From: Oopsacas minuta
Lineage: Eukaryota > Animalia > Porifera
Assembly (NCBI GenBank): GCA_024704765.1
Contig: JAKMXF010000233.1
Coordinates: forward strand, 124,001 to 188,000
DNA length: 64,000 nucleotides
Direction of reading: 5' to 3'
Below are positions 58,201 to 64,000 of the stretch, piece after piece (position 1 is the stretch's first letter; the number at the start of each line of letters is the position of its first letter). Below the pieces are notes generated by a model. The model was not told the DNA's origin, did no database searches, and saw nothing but the letters and a program-made list of their open reading frames with translations. The position numbers were made by a program, and so were the translations under genes.

Positions 58201-60533
58201 CTTACAATACATAGCAGGTTTACATGATGAAGAGATCGCTTACCATGGGACAATACGTCTCGTGGTTAATAAGAAAATGAAACAGTTTGGCAATTTAATC
58301 CTGGGGTTTAAGATATTTTCCTATGTCATATTCCTACTGGCTCTTGCATACACTCTTATTCAAGCTTCATATGAACCTGTTGAACTCGATTACACCAGTA
58401 GTCCAGCAAATATATTCAGGATATTCACCGTCGTAATCGTGATGTCCTACTTCTTTTTCAATCTTATTACTGAAGCAGCAGAGTTCTTCAGAGTGACTAG
58501 ACTCACATATAGGTACTTAAAAGATAAACATAAGGATAGAACAAAGGATAAACAGAGAGCAGCAACGATAGAAGGTGAACTCGAAAATGATGACGTCAAA
58601 CAGGACGATGAGGATTTTAATGATGATGATGATGATGATGATGCAATTCAATTCAATATCCCAATTGAGAGAACAGGACCTAAGAAACAGTCCTTGAAAG
58701 GCAAACTGAATGATCTGTTTTGTATTCGTATTTTCACACAATTCTTTAGTGATAGGTCGAACTATTTGGATGTTTTGGGACTGTTTTCACTCTTCATTCT
58801 AATCTTGCTTCGTGCTGCCCAGCAACCAGCCCAATGGGTATTTGCTACTATTACATTCCTAATCAACGGATTCAGATTGTTCAGACTAGTAGCATTGCTT
58901 CCTCATATCGGGCCATATACTAATATCATATACAAAATCCTCGTTTTCGATGTTCCACTATTTTCTAGTCTTTTCCTAATCACACTTCTAATCTTCACTG
59001 GAGGATATTTCGTATCTCTGAGGACTCCATACACAGCCGCTGGGTTTGCTAATGCCTCCTTAATGGAAAACACAGAACGTACAAGGGGTGTAGACAATGA
59101 AGTACAGTGGGTCTTCCTATCAGGACTTAGAGTACTGCTAGAGGGGAACGTATACGAGGGTCAGTATTTGTTTAGACAGCTTAACTGGCTTGCTGCCTCA
59201 CTCTATCTGGGATTCTTATTCCTCACGGTTGTTGTGTATTTAAATGTGTTCATTGCTCAGCTATCAGACAGATATGGAAATGTAAAGAAATTTGCCGAGA
59301 AAAATTTTGCTTGGCACCGACTGAAGTTTATTGTACAAGTTGAGAGGATATCTCTATTATCAATTTGCATTGACTTCAGGAAGAAATATTTCACGAATGA
59401 GATTATTATCAACAAAGAACAGCTGTTTAGATACTATGGTGTGCATAACATCAAAGGTTTGAATGTTAAGAATTTCACTGAGGATGTTGAAGTGAAGGGG
59501 ATGCTTACTTCTATACAGAATCAACAGGTTGTGGCACGACAGACACATGAGATAGCCAAGCTACAAGGTGATCCTCCTCCTTCTCCTCAACAGCAAAGGG
59601 AGGGAAATGTAGAAATTCGACAACTAAATAACAAGATTGATCAGTTGATGGATAAGATACAGCATAAGGATGCTTTATTGGAGGAGAAACTTGATAAATT
59701 GACTCAAGTTTTGCTGGCGAAAACCTGAAAATTGAAATCTGCATGTGTATTTATGATGCTTTTATGTTTTTAGTATATTCAGGCTGTTGCAACATCCAAA
59801 TTGCAAGATAGTTTTGTGTATATTAGGTTGAGATATTTGTAGTTGTATATATTTACTATCATTTGTACTTTCTATATCTATTGCTTTTGTAAATGGTGGA
59901 ATCTTGTGGAATCTAACAGAGATTTATCCATCTTTATGCCCGGTCGGGGATATTATGTCGTACCGTATAGCATTGCAGACTGACGTAATAATAACCCAAG
60001 CAATTTACATGCCCAAATACAGTTTACTCACGTTATATCAAAGCTCAAGGGACTGTGCTAATTACTTCAATATAAGCGGAGTTCAATGTATTCGTGTTGG
60101 ATATAACAAGAGTTGACTGTATTATATTCCGATATTATATTGCAATACATGATGTTATGAAATTTTTACGATTCTCTCCTTCAGGCCTGAAAACGCAGTT
60201 CAAGTACAACAAGGTTACAACATACATATAGATAATGATGCTGCATTCACTGTTGTACCGAATGATATCTTTCTCTACTTCAACAATTGTCAATTCCCCA
60301 AACATGTGATTGAGATTTTAATTAAACTCCGTGAGAAACCTGAATGTACAATTGCTTCTATTTTGTACAGAGCTCTTAATGCAGATCCTCTCAATATTAC
60401 TTTTGCCTTTTCCACACAGAATAATTTCTCTTTGAAGATTGTCGATCAAATGGCTAGAATATTATTACAAACAGCTGATCAGTGTATTAAGAGGTTTGGA
60501 CAGGATAATGTTCTGTATGAAGATGACTGGTAA
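34241..60533 (+). CDS. 13-exon type II membrane secretory-pathway protein with tandem PKDCC/VLK-like and Fam20-like (pseudo)kinase domains, 852 aa; host of six nested genes
   Basis: Exons 34241-34472, 35290-35469, 35916-36251, 38298-38541, 41702-41880, 42146-42254, 42827-43070, 43283-43348, 43441-43521, 43647-43740, 44957-45142, 55956-56214, 60185-60533. All introns GT-AG, all phases match, total 2559 nt = 852 aa + stop, no internal stop. Motifs run across junctions: KKCIDI|ASIVDLL, NAHR|[21 protein letters not shown]|RRL, GLMPFK|PENAV...HIDND...[13 protein letters not shown]. Confidence 0.85.
36393..37635 (+). CDS. SLC25A27: Mitochondrial uncoupling protein 4, 2 exons (36393-37128, 37403-37635), 322 aa
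   Basis: Three carrier signatures ([43 protein letters not shown]); the phase-1 GT-AG intron restores LG|TPAD. Confidence 0.93.
39353..39360 (+). promoter_or_regulatory. Candidate TATA box (with upstream ATTGG / reverse CCAAT) for the nested FERM-RING gene
   Basis: TATAAATA about 60 nt before ATG 39423; ATTGG near 39317. Motif match only, in AT-rich DNA. Confidence 0.4.
39423..40802 (+). CDS. MYLIP: FERM domain plus C-terminal RING E3 ligase (MYLIP/IDOL-like), intronless, 459 aa
   Basis: FERM N-lobe ([10 protein letters not shown]...TYFGLKY...RWINIRNPL...LEFAVKYYV) and terminal IAP-type RING CKLC...[15 protein letters not shown]...CLECNSHI...KVYI. Confidence 0.78.
   Translation: MPYSEKICEFINDTTLQFFVLELDGRQFEYHLLKEAKGIQLLNIILHKHQITESTYFGLKYTNSKNVTRWINIRNPLVLEVDNPCLPIKLEFAVKYYVPYNLLNDFPIKSAFLSQIKNDIQNGRFTLSDETDDILRFLALLAQAEHGAYFKQLSYTTPPHFSLERDLIEEHKLIESISKMEALDEVLRIASSLSNYGNHEYTVKNGCFSISPTTFQYSFRNVTKTFPLYLIIDVTRVYGSVLLSLSNFEQSETKIKIKPNSISEAKILHKNILELMTFFTRPCVTEVIADATHRLWKGAKFITIHTYDVTQTCSQLNPSLYSVKHLETDPTTHSIESRILERKSNSEEFKLYKVCSLPEIGRIVKRKLSFTSLRLKRQAGTCQNSDSISSHSLLSSESIDDVFKIADKMLKCKLCDTKDCKVLFLPCCHFISCEGCSDNRKSCLECNSHIIERVKVYIS
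40954..41292. mobile_element. hAT-type MITE
   Basis: TIRs CAGTGCCGGATTTA ... TAAATCCGGTACTG; 8-bp TSD CAGTGAGC / CAGTGAGG. Confidence 0.85.
45374..48991 (-). CDS. TBC1D32: Protein broad-minded, intronless, 1205 aa
   Basis: [62 protein letters not shown], and C-terminal TBC-like [43 protein letters not shown]. Confidence 0.9.
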   Translation of the reverse strand: MSNETSSQSESNKLIPGLYKVVSGLNKVNTASKPSSDLLLQLDPNDTNELTSKLKDKLTKCLGPLVAKELEKHNENIISNTHPGVIVNSISENVLDSQSYAELYSSLSNSLKEATLSVVDEMELHSREGSLNNYLSVDSQTSESISLNLQYACMPYISSNYLKELVNKFDTSNSPDVRREALQAIIQFSPSEILSCPDWPTLHMLVTRSLRDQDAFISNNSFGILLRLFSTSNLTAIKEAYLILVEHLLETPYYSQQVRHGIDVCAMENAGLIQKFHLLTLFIHWLPSYWFRFNNAFMTEIIDKTINLLMLCIDHESLVSFSNSHSISPMHILSIIDHKAEWFQKLIHAEYSRTFIVQKLEKHPAFLCTIVEYILAYLRLFQHNAAILEEDIGELDYFYNETSLSYLFFIALLNIIQNFIIFECRLIIFPQTFDGEYFKDKNDAAIHFITIILENLYNENNSIEKQLDPYYITLNALMKILQKGNKLFLDGKILTSLMRSINSKSGSVVSFYQANSHLSYVYDVIQNLTESDTGRKHFFNHEHTHLADLVAQTKNLLQSIPITVLPSTIRGILAPVINLFSTPEGIIHEDTYKIIQLLTGLLKKPAFIQNSSNKYELLHIMSNVMATPKGIVCLKQNNILDDCIEILFLNTDVNLNSYKNSSIRYGYILSQVSNFSFSTNPLQSTSLLDYLTDTLNKQLNRTNEPLLHQQASLIAPLNRSLHKAMYNMAKVFVNYATLIEIVDRKSIEENVTTNIAQFLLDHVLVKSNERINDICNFEEKHVIALALFNLMLSSLDNFLLLEDQFGITTILLSLQNSTVVINDVQVFDQLWYERNRSLLKVGLLGGPKEKMHPHNSLHCYEEIDKNKFQTFKEFPIPTSYGYFKERIPWLPDESKEFPIAQQELQIWFTKLLSSNQNIVILKTTNALLQHIMCQAYGGVFPKNTVTFDSNIKLMTSSSEHIASKLIVQYGCNLRLLKDEESDCKQLLLLIANMKGILINQQYTLQNNLLNTLQSDTYCYDWFIGIMFILTRGDVHTAFTLLSSFSTQLSSCYIWLNRMHKSKILPQDLVVTGRNWGITNILHNLELIVKAELQCIYAGLHISGVSLGTICCIWLQQCFLNYLDFEEICSYILTVLILGIDYQLYFIVSILKHLQTVILSSTQENNLMYCLLENPITGYRLTDWIEYMRELEERWRNSVNMTLPDK
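49436..50719 (-). CDS. Coiled-coil plus NHL-repeat beta-propeller protein (TRIM/NHL-like, no RING or B-box), 427 aa
   Basis: N-terminal heptads, then NHL motifs FEYPAGL...[40 protein letters not shown]...[12 protein letters not shown]. Confidence 0.85.
   Translation of the reverse strand: MASINKEGYPLILQDIYTARERVTDEFNVLSEKIQERKDLLLNRLQELEDEIMLAVSNKITKINGFERTKYIALDSETIENHRTIKASLLKSLEDKIRDLESMSVSKYTDVKFSFDRTLIDQIDNFGKIILTPRNVTPYRVINSDPQTIGKLEPHALATDPKDGRIFLLNLVQGKEIKVFDSQFRLDKTYSIQKSGSLSLGGITVDPLYIYVSICNKHIVYKFDKATGVLVEHLGTRGAGTLEFEYPAGLKCHEAYLLVCDSGNNRVQVLKKNIPVTFSHFIGYADNSPGPLRKPRSIDTNTSGQVVVLHTGTPCINVYTVMGELLYLTGIQNDPNELLGGFGITINEEGVIMVTDYANNKVIMYDSPDSSICLNFGSEGIAPGHFNKLHGIYASEKFLYVCDKDNQRVQCYMMEKVNALLDFSNDN
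53635..54639 (-). CDS. RABGGTB: Rab geranylgeranyltransferase beta subunit, intronless, 334 aa
   Basis: [95 protein letters not shown]. Confidence 0.97.
   Translation of the reverse strand: MAVSINDVKLPDIPERKSLLLDLHVKSLETYGKDKNDLEYVMSEYFRMNGVYWILTALKLIGKEDKLEKNEVLEFVLSCQRPNGGFGGNIKNDPHLLYTLSAIQILAIYESLDKIDSDKVADYIAGQQQEDGSFIGDKWGEVDTRFSLCALASLMLINRLERVNIEKAVDFVVRCMNFDGGFGCVPGSESHSGQIYCCLGALAITNRLYKVQADVLGTWLCERQLKSGGLNGRPEKLPDVCYSWWVLASLKIIGRIKWIDADKMKDYILACQDEESGGIADRPGDITDPFHTLFGLTGLSLLGHYKGEIKPVNPVFCMPEEILEKLGIKIYLLR
55124..55273. mobile_element. Tc1/mariner (pogo/Tigger-like) MITE
   Basis: TIRs CAGTGGAACCTCATTAATAC ... GTATTAACGAGGTTCCACTG (19/20 match); TA on the right flank. Confidence 0.85.
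56936..59728 (+). CDS. Ankyrin-repeat TRP cation channel (TRPA/TRPV-like), paralog 1, intronless, 930 aa
   Basis: Ankyrin repeats ([39 protein letters not shown]); six-TM region with [11 protein letters not shown] and [13 protein letters not shown]; TRP-helix-like [14 protein letters not shown]; terminal coiled coil. Confidence 0.9.
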   Translation: MADNVAVSLVNLVSGKNGDGGDDDGVEAFQTKPYLKKFVKRRTETKILKWQGTDQDYTELNDVLEHYKMDKLKRMLLGGAPYLYKKDENNYAMTHAAFYSRTDIMEIILERHRNEKTPDDEDEFQHQTCLALYTICSTNCGDIVRALLNVATPVIPQAHLNQAAATGSTAVLNEILTFFPRMDVNPKDGDGNTPLHKAVENKHAHTVQYLLNKNANPNAVNNDGYNTVHMTCQYADESVLYLLTTRNADVNARENRGKSPALIAAENGKEGCIHILAAAGANLDQRDKQGNAPLIVAAGLGHTNTVKELILNGASFDVTDNERYNALERAIINKRDGAAAMFIRLAPQIDYVDYYRNTMEVSMLKIVRYRLTETIKALLDRMVVQFDPLNPIKWNIQTKYLDVDNTGKTPEDDEYERNKTFLLQYIAGLHDEEIAYHGTIRLVVNKKMKQFGNLILGFKIFSYVIFLLALAYTLIQASYEPVELDYTSSPANIFRIFTVVIVMSYFFFNLITEAAEFFRVTRLTYRYLKDKHKDRTKDKQRAATIEGELENDDVKQDDEDFNDDDDDDDAIQFNIPIERTGPKKQSLKGKLNDLFCIRIFTQFFSDRSNYLDVLGLFSLFILILLRAAQQPAQWVFATITFLINGFRLFRLVALLPHIGPYTNIIYKILVFDVPLFSSLFLITLLIFTGGYFVSLRTPYTAAGFANASLMENTERTRGVDNEVQWVFLSGLRVLLEGNVYEGQYLFRQLNWLAASLYLGFLFLTVVVYLNVFIAQLSDRYGNVKKFAEKNFAWHRLKFIVQVERISLLSICIDFRKKYFTNEIIINKEQLFRYYGVHNIKGLNVKNFTEDVEVKGMLTSIQNQQVVARQTHEIAKLQGDPPPSPQQQREGNVEIRQLNNKIDQLMDKIQHKDALLEEKLDKLTQVLLAKT

Positions 60534-61249
60534 ACTGATCACTTGAATTTTAATTAATATTTATCTAGAATTTGATTTCTACTCGTCTGCCTTATTATTA
60601 TTCGTTTATTTAGCAATTCCATCTTATTTACCTCACTGATAACTTATCCCGAACTTAATTATATACTTTGTTATCACATACAATAACTCATACCCTCAGG
60701 GGATATAGAAATCTGTTCGAGTAATCGGATATGGTAGGAATTTCTTGCCTCATCGTTTAAACCAATTTGATCTAGAAGTTCATAAGCCCTACCTATAGAC
60801 CCACATAATTATAAATATATACCAGGCTGTTACGCATAGCCTATGTAAGTTGGTCCCACCTTTCATTCAGGGCCAGCTCTACCACATATTCTCATTTCTG
60901 TACGTCCCTAGTGGTGAGAGTGGACCATGACCCATCGTGTGACCAATTGACCAATCGTGCTGCTTATATGAGTCATGTGTACGTATTTATATACTCATTG
61001 AATCATAGCTTAGTTATATATAGTCATTAAACTCGTATGTTATAGCCAGCTGTGCGTACATTTATCAACCAGAGATGTCTAATGTCTATTTACCTGCTTT
61101 AGTATGAAAATTACTGTGAATATCTGCTAATGTGTAGTTAACGTTAACGTGTCACTATACAGTATAGTTTAACATCGATTAGGGCTAAGTATTTATGCTA
61201 GTCCTTTATGAATTGGATTATTATTATAATATTAGCTGTATACCAATTG

Positions 61250-64000
61250 ATGTCATCACCAGACAAAGATACAATTTTCTCGAATGATGTTTTGACTCCA
61301 GAAAAGAAAATATTTATCAAACCGTATCTTGAAACTTTCCTTAATCAGAAATTCGCTAAGAAGAGCATACCATGGACAGGGTCTAAGCTGGATTACCGTG
61401 ATTACGATCACGTGCTGAAAGATTCTAATATGGACAAGCTGAAGCGTATGATCCTTGGTGGAGCTCCTTACCTCTACAAATATGACTCAAATACATTTCC
61501 AATGACTGTGTGTGCATTCTATAGTCGTAGTGATATCATAGAGATTATATTAGAGAGACATAAACATGAGAAAACAAGTGAGGATGAGTTTGAATTTGAA
61601 TCGCAAGCATCACAAGCGTTAAAACAAGTTTGTCAGTCTAATTCCGGTGAGATTGCTAAAATGCTGCTACAGGGTGGAACACAAGTTTCCCATACTTCAC
61701 ATCCACATCAAGCAGCTAAAAATGGCAGTTGGGTTGTTCTAGAGGAGATTTTATTAAAATTACCGGATATAGATATCGATACAGCTGATGAGTTTGGTAA
61801 TACACCACTACACTATGCTACTGAACGAGGATTTACTCATACTATAAAATATTTGCTTGATAAGAATGCTGACCCGAATAAGGCAAATGCTGCTGGCTCT
61901 ACAGCACTACATCTTGCCTGTGAACATGCAGATGAAGATGCAGTCTATCTATTGACCTTGAGAGGCGCTGAAGTTAACGTTAGAGATAAAGATGGTAAGA
62001 CACCAACATTGCTAGCTGGAGAAAATGGTAAACACGGTGTAATACATATTCTAGCTGGGGCTGGTGCTGATTTGGATAAACGTGATCTTAATGGTAATGT
62101 AGCGCTAATCGCTGCGGCTAAAAACGGACACTCGATCACTTTGAAGGAATTAATGTTAAACGGAGCTTCCCTTGAAGTAACAGATCATGAAAGGTACAAC
62201 TGTCTAGAGCGTGCTATACAAAATAGGAAAGATCTCTGTGCTGCTATGTACATTCGCTTAGAACCGAATGAAGACTTCCTTGACTGTTATCTTAACAGCA
62301 TTGAAATACATATATTTCGTTTAGTTAACCTAAGATTAACTGAGACGTTAGAAGCATTGCTGGATAGGATGGTTATACAAAATGATAAGTCTCATACTAA
62401 TAGTGGGGTTGTGTATACGAAATATTTAGATATCGATACTGAGAATAATATTCCAGAAGATAAGGGCTATGCGTCGAATAGGACATTCTTTCTCCAACGC
62501 TTGTCTGAAATGGGCGATGAACAGATGGCATATCATGGGACCATTCGTTTGTTGGTTGATAAAAAAATGTCAAAGTTTGGGAATATTCTGTTGGGTGTAC
62601 GATTGTTTTTCTATTGTGTATTCCTCATAGCTCTAGCCTATTCGCTTCTACAAGCTTCCGATGTACAAAATCCAGTGTTAGACACATATCTTCATGAACC
62701 AGTGAATACTGTAAGATTAGTGACAGACGTGTTTGTCTTGATATTCGTGTTGGTGAATGTATTCACTGAATCAGTCGAATTCTTTCGGATTCTGTTACTA
62801 ACGTTTAGTTATCTTAGTGGGAAAAAGAAAGAAAGGAGAAAGTTACAACTGCGAGATAAAACTTTTGAGAATATTTCAGAATTTGTGAATGAAGAAGATT
62901 TCTATGAATTGTCTTCCATGAGTGAGGAAGAGAAACGAATACGAAAGTTGACGAGTCGTTTAAACGATTTCTTCTGTATTCGTGTATTCACAGATTATTT
63001 CACAGATAAATTCAACATTCTTGATTTACTCGGCTTGACAGCTTTACTTATTCTAATCGTGTTACGCGCTACAGGACATCCTGTACAATGGGTATTCGCT
63101 ACTGTTGCTTTTCTAATCAATACACTACGTGTATTCAAGTTTATTGTATTGATTCCACATCTTGGTCCATATGCTACTACTATATACAAGATCCTAGTTA
63201 GAGACGTCCCGCTATTCTCTAGTCTATTCTGTTTGACATTACTAATGTTCACTGGGAGTTATTACATATCATTACGAGCTCCGTACACGGTTGAAGGTTT
63301 CCAAAATGCGTCACTTATGCAGGAAACGCAACGTACAGCTGGTGTTGACGATACTCTATATTGGGTACTGCTATCTGGACTTAGAGTTCTCCTTGAGGGG
63401 AATATATACCAGGATGAGTATATGTATAATCAGTTAAATTGGCTAGCTGCTGGCATATACGCTGGCTTTCTATTTATGACAGTTGTTGTACTGCTGAATG
63501 TGTTCATTGCCCAATTGTCTGATACTTACGGAGATGTTAAACGCAATGCAAATAGGACGTATGCTTGGCAAAGGCTTAATTTCATAGTTCAAGTACAACG
63601 AACTTCACTTCTATCACTTTGTATTGATTTCAGGAAAATTTTCTATATCGGGGAAGTTTATATTGACAAGTACGATTTGTTTAAGTACTATGCTGTTCAT
63701 CATATCAGGGATTTGAATATTAAGAATTTCACTGATGATATCGATGTTAAAACTATGCTAACTATGATTCAAACTCAACAAACTGTAGCTAGGAAAACTC
63801 AAGAAGTTGCCAGACTCGTTGCTCCTACCCAGGCCAGTCAGAAGATATCTGATTCGACGAAATTCGAGCATGGAATTGCGTCACATGATATAGGTGTGCT
63901 GAATGCTAGGGTTTCACAGATATTGCAGTTATTAAGGGAGAAAGATACCCGTTTGGAACAGAAGATATCTCGTATCCTTGATGATAAACTAGCTAAACTA
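61250..64000 (+). CDS. Ankyrin-repeat TRP cation channel, paralog 2, open to the window end
   Basis: ATG 61250 begins MSSPDKDT...[17 protein letters not shown]...; colinear with paralog 1 ([38 protein letters not shown]); last codons KISRILDDKLAKL. Missing from the ORF track because no stop lies within the window. Confidence 0.9.
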   Translation, partial: MSSPDKDTIFSNDVLTPEKKIFIKPYLETFLNQKFAKKSIPWTGSKLDYRDYDHVLKDSNMDKLKRMILGGAPYLYKYDSNTFPMTVCAFYSRSDIIEIILERHKHEKTSEDEFEFESQASQALKQVCQSNSGEIAKMLLQGGTQVSHTSHPHQAAKNGSWVVLEEILLKLPDIDIDTADEFGNTPLHYATERGFTHTIKYLLDKNADPNKANAAGSTALHLACEHADEDAVYLLTLRGAEVNVRDKDGKTPTLLAGENGKHGVIHILAGAGADLDKRDLNGNVALIAAAKNGHSITLKELMLNGASLEVTDHERYNCLERAIQNRKDLCAAMYIRLEPNEDFLDCYLNSIEIHIFRLVNLRLTETLEALLDRMVIQNDKSHTNSGVVYTKYLDIDTENNIPEDKGYASNRTFFLQRLSEMGDEQMAYHGTIRLLVDKKMSKFGNILLGVRLFFYCVFLIALAYSLLQASDVQNPVLDTYLHEPVNTVRLVTDVFVLIFVLVNVFTESVEFFRILLLTFSYLSGKKKERRKLQLRDKTFENISEFVNEEDFYELSSMSEEEKRIRKLTSRLNDFFCIRVFTDYFTDKFNILDLLGLTALLILIVLRATGHPVQWVFATVAFLINTLRVFKFIVLIPHLGPYATTIYKILVRDVPLFSSLFCLTLLMFTGSYYISLRAPYTVEGFQNASLMQETQRTAGVDDTLYWVLLSGLRVLLEGNIYQDEYMYNQLNWLAAGIYAGFLFMTVVVLLNVFIAQLSDTYGDVKRNANRTYAWQRLNFIVQVQRTSLLSLCIDFRKIFYIGEVYIDKYDLFKYYAVHHIRDLNIKNFTDDIDVKTMLTMIQTQQTVARKTQEVARLVAPTQASQKISDSTKFEHGIASHDIGVLNARVSQILQLLREKDTRLEQKISRILDDKLAKL

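Overview
AT-rich, gene-dense animal genomic DNA. The gene set and the mix of intronless and short-intron genes suggest a compact early-branching animal, my best guess being a glass sponge (inference only). No prokaryotic system, CRISPR array or rRNA is present. The main result is invisible in the ORF track. Scattered short exons join with consistent GT-AG phases into a 13-exon, 852-aa gene spanning 34241-60533. It encodes a type II membrane protein with a PKDCC/VLK-like domain followed by a Fam20-like domain, both apparently lacking catalytic residues. Its introns carry six complete genes: UCP4, a MYLIP-like FERM-RING protein and an ankyrin TRP channel on the same strand, and TBC1D32, an NHL protein and RABGGTB on the opposite strand. 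A CCDC66-like gene (8447-21431) likewise appears to host DPH7 and two orphan 7TM-like genes. An orphan last exon of CTNNBL1 suggests the DOMON-mucin array at the window start is also intronic. Other content: a frameshifted three-DOMON mucin-like GPI protein, an intronless 9-Ig/3-FN3 receptor, a CTTNBP2-like ANK-AAA protein, a second TRP paralog, a tRNA-Ser-like sequence inside a closing stem with vault-RNA-like ends, many MITEs, and one exact Tn5/Nextera mosaic end (probable artefact). All gene models were built by hand and family calls come from recalled motifs, not database searches.
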